This document shows, piece after piece, positions 51,179 to 61,994 of a stretch of DNA of 64,000 bases (position 1 is the first letter of the stretch; the number at the start of each line of letters is the position of its first letter). The stretch spans positions 6,758,001 to 6,822,000 of the forward strand of contig CM022672.1 in assembly GCA_012295275.1 (NCBI GenBank), read 5' to 3'. Source of the stretch: Chrysomallon squamiferum. Its lineage: Eukaryota; Animalia; Mollusca. The notes under the pieces are model-generated. The model ran no database searches. It had not been told where the DNA came from and worked only from the letters and a program-made list of their open reading frames with translations. A program made the position numbers and the translations under genes.

Positions 51179-52112
51179 ATATAGACCATTTACCTTTTAT
51201 CAACTGGTCCTTTGAAGTCTGAATCAAAACGTCGTGGCTTTCCTGTTTAAATAAAAGAAAATATGTGAACAGATAATAAGTAAAAAATTCAGACATTTAA
51301 TACAAGTATTTACATAACATAATCTGTGACAATACTACCATTATTTTTACATCTGGGAAGACTGGTGACAATTAAGCAATATGTTAAAATAGTTAAATTT
51401 TGTAAAAAAAAAAAAAAAAAAAAAGGGTATAAAATAATTTTATAAATCAAAATAATATTTTTTTTTTTTTTTTTTTTTTTTAAGAATTACAGTGCTTTAA
51501 GAATTACATTGCCACAGATAGAGTGATAATTATATTTATAAAATTAAAATATTAAATGTTGATTTTTAAAATTGTTAATTAATTAGTTTATTTATTTTTC
51601 AGTATACAAAAAATGTAAGAACGAAAAATAAAGAGATTTGGAATTATGTTATTTATCAACTTATTAATTTAGTAGATTTATTAAATCTGTATTTTAATTG
51701 CTACAAATCAGACGTTCACCATTAGTTAATTAATTAATTATATTAGCTGTGGTAAAAATTAAAATAAATGATTTAATATCTATATAAAAATTAAAATGAT
51801 GAAATGCAACATATAATAATATTATTATTATAATTTTTATATACTACGGTTATTTCAGTTTAGTGTACAGTGATTTTGGTTTTAAAATTGACATCAGACT
51901 AACTACTGTTGAGAAAATAATTATGACCACGCCTTGTACAATTTTCCAAATAGTCTCTTGGCGTCTGTTGTCAACATCGTATAATGTGGTCCTTTAAAAA
52001 AGAAAGAAAACAAAATCTCTGTTTACTTACCATACTCTTTAGAGTTCGGTGTTTCTTCTTGAAATGCTTCAACTTCTGGTTCGTTTTCCGCATACTTATC
52101 CTTCTTTCCCAT
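29151..52112 (-). CDS. SLC44A2: Choline transporter-like protein (SLC44A2/4/5 clade, CTL2-like), exons 1-20; last ~3 exons missing at the gap
   Basis: Exons: 52031-52112, 51194-51242, 44467-44540, 42819-42897, 42198-42285, 38492-38620, 37522-37591, 36230-36365, 35413-35496, 34707-34819, 33611-33742, 33358-33457, 32698-32790, 32457-32556, 32173-32225, 31508-31684, 30569-30697, 30279-30348, 29645-29718, 29151-29221. All are GT-AG with consistent phases, 634 codons in total. Family motifs: [119 protein letters not shown]. Confidence 0.95.
32557..32697 (-). other. U12-type (minor spliceosome) GT-AG intron in the SLC44 gene
   Basis: 5' splice site GTATCCTTT; branch point TTCTTTAAC about 8-10 nt upstream of the AG; no long polypyrimidine tract. 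Confidence 0.85.
36505..36625 (-). mobile_element. Degenerate SINE fragment (Nin/Deu-core-like)
   Basis: GAGAGAGGAAACCCACTGTTACCACTCCATGGGTTATTCTC...AAGCAAAAAGGAATATTTCATATAAACCTTCTTGTAGACAG resembles, from memory, the reverse complement of the conserved central domain of mollusc Nin-type SINEs. Weaker related fragments occur near 43450-43760 and 45850-45990. Confidence 0.45.
37826..38048. repeat. 46-bp minisatellite, ~4.8 copies
   Basis: GGGACATTTACAGAATATGTAACTGTGCACGCAGAAACCTAAAAAT recurs at 37878, 37924 and 37970, with degenerate outer units. Confidence 0.9.
41648..42177. repeat. Compound minisatellite of 18-bp and 28-bp modules
   Basis: Modules TACTAATAAAAT(A/G)TATAC and TACTAATAGCTACAAATAAAAGGTAAAG alternate in variable order, ending ~20 bp from the SLC44 exon 5 donor. 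Confidence 0.9.
44740..44972. repeat. 38-bp minisatellite (degenerate)
   Basis: GTTCTAAAAACTGTTACGTACATATTACAACATAAAAC recurs at 44882, 44920 and 44958, with diverged copies to the left. Confidence 0.75.
48334..51047. mobile_element. Non-autonomous long-TIR DNA transposon, Sola2-like (copy 1, in SLC44 intron 2)
   Basis: Termini GGGTCATTCCGTGTCAAATCACCCAA ... TTGGGTGATTTGACACGGAATGACCC. The TIRs are ~630 bp (48334-48966 and 50425-51047) and the element is flanked by ATAC on both sides. GRG...CYC ends, a 4-bp TSD and very long TIRs are Sola2 hallmarks. The interior carries decayed coding remnants. Confidence 0.8.
49040..49590 (-). pseudogene. Decayed transposase N-terminal remnant (ARL14EP-like Cys/His domain) inside the Sola2-like element
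   Basis: Broken minus-strand frames read [16 protein letters not shown] / [23 protein letters not shown]...SLRIVS...[11 protein letters not shown] / [24 protein letters not shown], with frameshifts and TGA stops. No DDD catalytic core is visible. Confidence 0.65.
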
Positions 52113-52360
52113 CACATGTAATTAAACTATCCAGATGATGCCCAATATACTCCTGTTTTTATTTTAAACGCTAGAAGCGAATTTGTGACACTTTAACTAA
52201 TCTACAGGTACAGGTAATTCAACAGTGAGCTACGCTTCCTTGTTCAAAGCAATCTATTGTTTGGAAATATCAGTATCCGTGAGTCGCCGATGATTGCCGA
52301 TTTTCTACGACAATATACGAAAATGCCCTTACCACGCGATGTATTTCAAACTGAGGCAAA
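52113..52360 (-). promoter_or_regulatory. Probable 5' UTR / proximal promoter region of the SLC44 gene
   Basis: Lies immediately upstream of the ATG and is locally CpG-rich compared with the CpG-poor introns; the TSS cannot be determined from sequence. Confidence 0.4.
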
Positions 52361-52368
52361 GAGTTTTA

Positions 52369-52399
<31 letters not shown>

Positions 52400-52809
52400 T
52401 TTTTTATTATTATTATTTTGTTGTTGTTGTTTTTTTGATAGTATAACATTAGCCGTTATACATTTTCGTAAATTTTTCGTAGTATTCAAGTGATTTTAAA
52501 ATCAAAAATAATTATGTGATATATAATCTGTGTTATATTTTTCTCTTCTTTAATACTGCTTAAAAGGCTGGAAAAACCATAGCTTTGTACGTAGATACAG
52601 CCACACATACAACACACATAAATATAATTTATGTCAGTAAACAAAATAATTTTATAAATAAAGTGTTTAACACATATCTGTAAAATTATTTACTTCATCT
52701 TTTGTCTTTTATGATCGGTTTTACTTTTGTAAAACTTCTGGAGCACAACGACAGAAAGACATTTTAATATCAAGTAATTAAATATGGATTCAGTTTTGCA
52801 ATTTTTTGC

Positions 52810-52842
<33 letters not shown>

Positions 52843-52853
52843 ATTTTTATTTA

Positions 52854-53399
52854 CCGTATATACTTGTGTACAAGGCGACCTTATGTATAAGTCGATGTGT
52901 ATTTTAAGACCAAAAATTGCGTCATTTTAGGTATTACTTGTGTATAAGTCGACTGTAGATTCCAGGCACCGTCACTTTGTTTTCGATTTGTCGGTAGTGG
53001 ATATTAATGACGATTGCAATATTATTTCACCAAATTCTTTACAATTACACAAGTGAGTTTTGTTTATGAAATTAGGACCGATATTTAGTGCAGTTTGGCA
53101 GACAACTCTGCATTCCTAGATCATTGCAAGACGCCGTAAGGCATAACGCCGTACTGACGGTTTTTTCGCTTTAAAATGTATTTTTATGTCATTAAACGGA
53201 AGAATATCATGTTTTACATTAATATTTGGTTTTGTTATTTAATTTTTCAAAATTTTTTTATACGATAAAATTATATTTTTGAAAAGCTGAAAGACCGCGA
53301 TTATTTTAGATGCATCCCGTAGCAAAAAATAGTCAAAATGGCGACTCTTCAGCAACAGCTACAAAGCATTACATTCGACTTATACACAAGTATATACGG
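52854..53399. mobile_element. MITE, Tc1/mariner superfamily (pogo/Tc2-type ends), 546 bp
   Basis: TA|CCGTATATACTTGTGTA ... TATACACAAGTATATACGG|TA: terminal inverted repeats, TA target-site duplication and subterminal repeats of CTT(G/A)TGTATAAGTCGA; no ORF. Confidence 0.85.
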
Positions 53400-54352
53400 T
53401 ATGTTTCACTGTTTGCTTTTTTGTTCCTTTGTTTTTTATTTGTGATAAAATTATTTGATGCCACCCTCTGAATAGTATGCAGTGTATATAAGTTGTATAT
53501 ATACACATAATACGCACGATCATCTTATGTATGTATCTATGTGTGCACTTTGTGTGGGTTAAAATGTGCAGAACATATATTAATGTCATAAAAATACCTT
53601 AACATTACAGTTAAGTGCTAATTAAGTGAATTTTATTTTAAATCGATAATATGTAAATTAATATTAATTCACACCGATAACTTCAAAAATAAAAAATAAA
53701 AATGTAAAAATTTAAAATAGCAACGAAAATAGAACAGTTGTAAGCTAGAGATAATCAACGGTTTCTGCCATCGTCTAATTTCGTTCAACTTCGTTTTTAC
53801 GGGGTATAAATAAGACGTCAACAATGTTTTGACGTCATTTAACAGCAACTCGCGGCTGCGATTCGAGTACATTAAGCGAGGATTAAAGTCCTAAAAGAAA
53901 ACTTTTGAAAGGTAAATGTTATATTTCAAAAACTCATAACAAATAATCTTTCAGATAGTTTATAAAGAAAAATTAATGTTAATTTACTGATTACGAACAC
54001 TTTGTGCATGTGAAACTTCTATGAAATAAAAAAACAACAACAAACAAACAACAACAACAAAAAACAACAACATCGGAAAGTGAATTAACAATGTATAACA
54101 AAGATAATGTAAAAGTATATGCATGTGTACGTATATGACACATGTATATACTTTTACATTATCGCGCACACATTTGCCACTACTGATATTAATGTCAGTA
54201 ATATGATTTTTTATAAATAAATAAATATTATTTTAAAAGAAAACGACTGTTATATTGTAGAGAAAAAGACCAAGCAAAAGAAAAGAATCACTCAATGGTA
54301 CGTATATACAGACGCATTTTGTATACAATATTATGGGCATACATATAAATAA

Positions 54353-54392
<40 letters not shown>

Positions 54393-54681
54393 TTTAGCAT
54401 TTATTGTAGATATGCATCTTGTGTGTGTATGTAAGTATATAATGTTTATGAGCACCTTGATTATGCAAGCAGGTAGTGAGAGTGGTCATCTTGTGTTTAC
54501 TTAGGTTGTATGAGCATCTTGAGTCTATATATACAGTGTGTATGAACATTCTGTGTATATATGTACATAATGTGTTTGAGGATCTTGTGCACATATGTAC
54601 ATAGTGTGTATGATTTTAACCTTTTTATTGGACTGTTAATTAATTTGCAAAAGGGTGTAGTTTGTGTGGACATCTTATGTA

Positions 54682-54712
<31 letters not shown>

Positions 54713-57424
54713 GGGTCATTCCGTGTCAAATCACCCAAAAAAAAAAGAAATTTAAACCCGACCGTCTCAGATTTTTATAAAACTTGGTATACTTGTTGAC
54801 TGGGATCCCACAGCACCAAATCTGAAATTTTAGCTCAATCAGACCAGTGGTATGGGAGATACGGCCCACCGAATTTTGAGATTTTTGCCAAAAATGGGTG
54901 TGACCACCAACCTTAGAACCCTCACATCTCAGGAACTACTGGGCCAATCTTCATAAAATTGGTATTGTTAGAAAGGCAAAATGACAAGGATACCAAATCT
55001 GCCATTTTTGTTTAGTTTGGAAAATACTGGAGTACCTTGACCTTTTGACCTTTGCTATGACCTTGAAACTGACCGTGTGGATCACGTGATCTTGAGATGA
55101 CCTTTGTTGAAATTTAATCTCCCACATGTTAACTAAAACATATAAAAGTTTCCTGGGTGTAATATTTTTGTTTAGCCACAATATAGATTTAAAAAATGCA
55201 CATACATGAAAATAACACCTTTTCAGCCATTAACATCTGATTAACTAAAACCTGAATGATCAATTCTGGATGCTAGGGATCACCATCTTTCTTGATCATT
55301 GAGTAAGACATTGTAGGCCTACATGTATGCATAAAGTTCACATAAATTTGAGAGAACTAGGTGTTTCTGATGCTTAACCTTCTCACTATGTTTGTTTCAA
55401 ATGCTCACTGTATCCTTCATTCCCAGACACATTCTACTGTTCTCATCACTTTCATTCATTTACTGGAATTTGCTAGTGAATGGAGTTTGACAGGAGTTTC
55501 ACCTAAACTCGACAGAATAGAATTCAAATCAAAGTCCTTTTCTGGGGAAACAACAACCAGTGGTTTGTCTGGCAAGTTATCACCAAATTCTCCCATTGTA
55601 ATACCACCCATACTAAAGCCATCCTCTACAGGACCTTTGATTTCTGAAGGGTAATCAGACAGTCACAGCACAACTTGTCTCCTGGCACTAGTGTCTTTGG
55701 AGGATTTACTAAGCATTTGTAAGTGCCCATGCTAACAATTCTTAAAGATCTAGTGCGTGCTTGCTCAGGGTGGCGATTAAGGGGATCACAACAGTTTTTC
55801 TGCAATGTTGAAAATTTGATGAAAAGTTCTTGTTCATGATACTCTTGATGTCCCGTGTTTTGATCCCACTTCAAAGAGTGAGGAGTTCAACTTCTTCAGT
55901 TTTCCATACACTTCGCAACAACTCCTTTTTGATATGATGGTGTTGATAACACACATTTTCAGGAGAGTTAAAGCTGCAGTTAGCCCTGGAAGAAATAAGG
56001 ATTTTCAGTATTGGCCTGCACCTTCAATTCAATAGAACAAAGTCAGTGCTTTCCTAAATATTAAATCAAATCCTGAAACCCTTTCAGTAAAGTTAAGCAG
56101 GTCATAAAATGGCAGCAGAGTACATGTGTTATTGCCAAAGGCCCACAAGTCTTGGGCATTTATGTCAATCTTCTCAAGTATAAATCACAGTTTATTAAGG
56201 TGAAGTAGACCTTGTTCATACTCTGTGCCGAAGACTGGGTGTACAAATACATTATGCAGTACATCACTCGATGACGTCTGATTTCAGACTGGGTTGTACT
56301 GTTGTTGACTGAAACCTTGTTCAAAACCAATGGCAAGGCCCACATGACATGATAAAATTACTTAATAGGTTTTATGAAATAAAAATATTGTTTATATATC
56401 AACATCTGACATTGTGTCCAACTTAAAAAGCTTCAGATTGTCAAAGAAATGCAGATGAAGAAACTTCTTTGTCTTAAACTTCTTTGTCTTAAACTTCTAA
56501 TTGCCATGTGTTCAATGGGGATTGCACCAGGGAATCTAAAGGAGTTCCTGACCTGCCTGAAGCATCACTTCCTGTTAACCCTTTCAGCCTGATTGTGTAG
56601 AACATGTCATGCCATTTGGCATCTTTTCATATCCTTCAGGCATTCCTTCAGACATGTCAGATGGGTTTTAACTCCAAAGATGAGTTTTTAGTCTCAGAAA
56701 AAAATGTACATTGTAATGCATAGTATCAATCATCCATGCAGGTATGCATTTTTTAAATCTCTATTATGGCTAAACAAAAATATTATACCCAGGAAACCTT
56801 TATATGTGAACTTTATGCATACATGTAGGCCTACAATGTCTTACTTGATGATCAAGAGATGGTGATTCCTAGCATCCAGAATTGATCATTCAGGTTTTAG
56901 TTAATCAGATGTTAATGGCTGAAAAGGTGTTATTTTCATGTATGTGCATTTTTTAAATCTATATTGTGGCTAAACAAAAAATATTACACCCAGGAAACTT
57001 TTATATGTTTTAGTTAACATGTGGGAGATTAAATTTCAACAAAGGTCATCTCAAGATCACGTGATCCACACGGTCAGTTTCAAGGTCATAGCAAAGGTCA
57101 AAAGGTCAAGGTACTCCAGTATTTTCCAAACTAAACAAAAATGGCAGATTTGGTATCCTTGTCATTTTGCCTTTCTAACAATACCAATTTTATGAAGATT
57201 GGCCCAGTAGTTCCTGAGATGTGAGGGTTCTAAGGTTGGTGGCCACACCCATTTTTGGCAAAAATCTCAAAATTCGGTGGGCCGTATCTCCCACACCACT
57301 GGTCTGATTGAGCTAAAATTTCAGATTTGGTGCTGTGGGATCCCAGTCAACAAGTATACCAAGTTTCATAAAAATCTGAGACGGTCGGGTTTAAACCATT
57401 GGGTGATTTGACACGGAATGACCC
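54713..57424. mobile_element. Sola2-like long-TIR element, copy 2
   Basis: Near-identical to 48334-51047 (offset ~6378 bp); TIRs 54713-55344 and 56803-57424. Its left flank is ATAT but its right flank is ATAC, inherited from copy 1's right flank. Confidence 0.85.
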
Positions 57425-57483
57425 ATACATACACAAACATATGTATGAGTGTAAGCATGTGTGTGTGTCTGTGCATGCTTATT

Positions 57484-57545
<62 letters not shown>

Positions 57546-57560
57546 ATATAGACCATTTAC

Positions 57561-57824
57561 CTTTTATCAACTGGTCCTTTGAAGTCTGAATCAAAACGTC
57601 GTGGCTTTCCTGTTTAAATAAAAGAAAATATGTGAACAGATAATAAGTAAAAAAAATTCAGACATTTAATACAAGTATTTACATAACATAATCTGTGACA
57701 ATACTACCATTATTTTTACATCTGGGAAGACTGGTGACAATTAAGCAATATGTTAAAATAGTTAAATTTTGTAAAAAAAAAAAAAAAAAAAAAAGGGTAT
57801 AAAATAATTTTATAAATCAAAATA

Positions 57825-57859
<35 letters not shown>

Positions 57860-58487
57860 ATTACAGTGCTTTAAGAATTACATTGCCACAGATAGAGTGA
57901 TAATTATATTTATAAAATTAAAATATTAAATGTTGATTTTTAAAATTGTTAATTAATTAGTTTATTTATTTTTCAGTATACAAAAAATGTAAGAACGAAA
58001 AATAAAGAGATTTGGAATTATGTTATTTATCAACTTATTAATTTAGTAGATTTATTAAATCTGTATTTTAATTGCTACAAATCAGACGTTCACCATTAGT
58101 TAATTAATTAATTATATTAGCTGTGGTAAAAATTAAAATAAATGATTTAATATCTATATAAAAATTAAAATGATGAAATGCAACATATAATAATATTATT
58201 ATTATAATTTTTATATACTACGGTTATTTCAGTTTAGTGTACAGTGATTTTGGTTTTAAAAATTGACATCAGACTAACTACTGTTGAGAAAATAATTATG
58301 ACCACGCCTTGTACAATTTTCCAAATAGTCTCTTGGCGTCTGTTGTCAACATCGTATAATGTGGTCCTTTAAAAAAGAAAGAAAACAAAATCTCTGTTTA
58401 CTTACCATACTCTTTAGAGTTCGGTGTTTCTTCTTGAAATGCTTCAACTTCTGGTTCGTTTTCCGCATACTTATCCTTCTTTCCCAT
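57561..58487 (-). CDS. Duplicated SLC44 coding exons 1 and 2 (intact copies inside the composite insertion)
   Basis: 58406-58487 ([28 protein letters not shown]) and 57561-57609 ([17 protein letters not shown]) match 52031-52112 and 51194-51242, splice sites included. Confidence 0.85.
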
Positions 58488-59221
58488 CACATGTAATTAA
58501 ACTATCCAGATGATGCCCAATATACTCCTGTTTTATTTTAAACGCTAGAAGCGAATTTGTGACACTTTAACTAATCTACAGGTACAGGTAATTCAACAGT
58601 GAGCTACGCTTCCTTGTTCAAAGCAATCTATTGTTTGGAAATATCAGTATCCGTGAGTCGCCGATGATTGCCGATTTTCTACGACAATATACGAAAATGC
58701 CCTTACCACGCGATGTATTTCAAACTGAGGCAAAGAGTTTTATTTTTATTTATTTATTATTTTTTTTTTTTTTTTTTTTATTATTATTATTATTTTGTTG
58801 TTGTTGTTTTTTTGATAGTATAACATTAGCCGTTATACATTTTCGTAAATTTTTCGTAGTATTCAAGTGATTTTAAAATCAAAAATAATTATGTGATATA
58901 TAATCTGTGTTATATTTTTTCTCTTCTTTAATACTGCTTAAAAGGCTGGAAAAACCATAGCTTTGTACGTAGATACAGCCACACATACAACACACATAAA
59001 TATAATTTATGTCAGTAAACAAAATAATTTTATAAATAAAGTGTTTAACACATATCTGTAAAATTATTTACTTCATCTTTTGTCTTTTATGATCGGTTTT
59101 ACTTTTGTAAAACTTCTGGAGCACAACGACAGAAAGACATTTTAATATCAAGTAATTAAATATGGATTCAGTTTTGCAATTTTTTTTTTTTTTTTTTTTT
59201 TTTATTTACATTTTTTATTTA

Positions 59222-59765
59222 CCGTATATACTTGTGTACAAGGCGACCTTATGTATAAGTCGATGTGTATTTTAAGACCAAAAATTGCGTCATTTTAGGT
59301 ATTACTTGTGTATAAGTCGACTGTAGATTCCAGGCACCGTCACTTTGTTTTCGATTTGTCGGTAGTGGATATTAATGACGATTGCAATATTATTTCACCA
59401 AATTCTTTACAATTACACAAGTGAGTTTTGTTTATGAAATTAGGACCGATATTTAGTGCAGTTTGGCAGACAACTCTGCATTCCTAGATCATTGCAAGAC
59501 GCCGTAAGGCATAACGCCGTACTGACGGTTTTTCGCTTTAAAATGTATTTTTATGTCATTAAACGGAAGAATATCATGTTTTACATTAATATTTGGTTTT
59601 GTTATTTAATTTTTCAAAATTTTTTATACGATAAAATTATATTTTTGAAAAGCTGAAAGACCGCGATTATTTTAGATGCATCCCGTAGCAAAAAATAGTC
59701 AAAATGGCGACTCTTCAGCAACAGCTACAAAGCATTACATTCGACTTATACACAAGTATATACGG
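59222..59765. mobile_element. Duplicate copy of the pogo/Tc2-type MITE
   Basis: Same TIRs and TA TSD as 52854-53399; carried along by the duplication. Confidence 0.85.
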
Positions 59766-60718
59766 TATGTTTCACTGTTTGCTTTTTTGTTCCTTTGTTT
59801 TTTATTTGTGATAAAATTATTTGATGCCACCCTCTGAATAGTATGCAGTGTATATAAGTTGTATATATACACATAATACGCACGATCATCTTATGTATGT
59901 ATCTATGTGTGCACTTTGTGTGGGTTAAAATGTGCAGAACATATATTAATGTCATAAAAATACCTTAACATTACAGTTAAGTGCTAATTAAGTGAATTTT
60001 ATTTTAAATCGATAATATGTAAATTAATATTAATTCACACCGATAACTTCAAAAATAAAAAATAAAAATGTAAAATTTAAAAATAGCAACGAAAATAGAA
60101 CAGTTGTAAGCTAGAGATAATCAACGGTTTCTGCCATCGTCTAATTTCGTTCAACTTCGTTTTTACGGGGTATAAATAAGACGTCAACAATGTTTTGACG
60201 TCATTTAACAGCAACTCGCGGCTGCGATTCGAGTACATTAAGCGAGGATTAAAGTCCTAAAAGAAAACTTTTGAAAGGTAAATGTTATATTTCAAAAACT
60301 CATAACAAATAATCTTTCAGATAGTTTATAAAGAAAAATTAATGTTAATTTACTGATTACGAACACTTTGTGCATGTGAAACTTCTATGAAATAAAAAAA
60401 CAACAACAAACAAACAACAACAACAAAAAACAACAACATCGGAAAGTGAATTAACAATGTATAACAAAGATAATGTAAAAGTATATGCATGTGTACGTAT
60501 ATGACACATGTATATACTTTTACATTATCGCGCACACATTTGCCACTACTGATATTAATGTCAGTAATATGATTTTTTATAAATAAATAAATATTATTTT
60601 AAAAGAAAACGACTGTTATATTGTAGAGAAAAAGACCAAGCAAAAGAAAAGAATCACTCAATGGTACGTATATACAGACGCATTTTGTATACAATATTAT
60701 GGGCATACATATAAATAA

Positions 60719-60758
<40 letters not shown>

Positions 60759-60800
60759 TTTAGCATTTATTGTAGATATGCATCTTGTGTGTGTATGTAC

Positions 60801-60898
60801 TTGGTGCTGTGGGATCCCAGTCAACAAGTATACCAAGTTTCATAAAAATCTGAGACGGTCGGGTTTAAACCATTGGGTGATTTGACACGGAATGACCC
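60801..60898. mobile_element. Solo right-terminal fragment (98 bp) of the Sola2-like element
   Basis: TTGGTGCTGTGGGATCCCAGTC...GACACGGAATGACCC is identical to the last 98 bp of copies 1 and 2, including the right-end-specific AAACCATTGGG. Confidence 0.9.
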
Positions 60899-61084
60899 AT
60901 ATATATATATATATAGTGTACTGGAGACTTGTATATCTACTTACAGTGTGTATGAGCATCCAGTGTATGTAACTATAAAGTCTATATGGGCTTCTTGTTT
61001 ATATATGTAGTTTGTATGCTCATGTGTATATACATAGTATATATGAACATCTTGTGTATATAAGTACAGTGTATATAGACATCT

Positions 61085-61125
<41 letters not shown>

Positions 61126-61826
61126 GTACCTGTATGGACTTAATGTTTAGTCCTCTTGTGTTTGCACGTATGTATTGTGTATCAGCATTTTGTTTTTGTA
61201 AGTACATAGTCTGTATAGGCATCATGTGTGTTTGTCTATATACATGCACTCACATGCATATATACATATGTATATGAAGATAAAGGTTTATAAAAAGACA
61301 ACAAATTTTTGAATATGTAACAACAACTTTATTTAAGGAGATGACAACTTTACTGATTTAGCAAAAAAAGAAAAAACATAATTTTAATATAATAATAATA
61401 ATAATAACTTTATTTAATAATGGTGACATGTTAACCATTTTAGCAAAAACACAACAACAATATATATGCATGTTATGTGTGCTTATGTATATTAATATTA
61501 TTGTTATTTAATAAGAGACTAAAAAATACATTTATAATGAAACATTTAAACAATGAAAAAAATTTGAAAATACTGAAGATACTCAGCATTAATTAATGTA
61601 ATTAATTAATTAATAATTTAGAAAAATATGGTTGGATATAAAAATAACCCATATTAAATATCTTGTGTAAAAATAACTGTCACAACACAAAATCTAATAA
61701 CAACTTCATCCACTTTTAGTATACTATTAACACACTAATGATGTCAACAAAATTTAAACCAATAAATAAATAAATAAATAATAAGTAAATAAGTAAATAC
61801 ATAAATACAAAAAAATAAACAGTAAG

Positions 61827-61857
<31 letters not shown>

Positions 61858-61994
61858 AATGAAATAACTCTATTTGGTTTGAATAACTGTACTGAGTAAT
61901 TTGTAAGACTATTCGTATAAAAATAAAATCTTGTTGAAATGAAATTTCTTTGAAGTTTGAATCAAATATTTGGCACTTTTCTTTCATTTTGTAT

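Larger units (their letters stand above)
54713..60898. mobile_element. Composite (Pack-TIR-like) insertion: Sola2-like element + 3.4 kb captured host DNA + 98-bp right element end
   Basis: Starts with the left TIR and ends with the right-TIR fragment 60801-60898, with ATAT on both outer sides. 57425-60799 duplicates 51048-54433. Confidence 0.75.
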
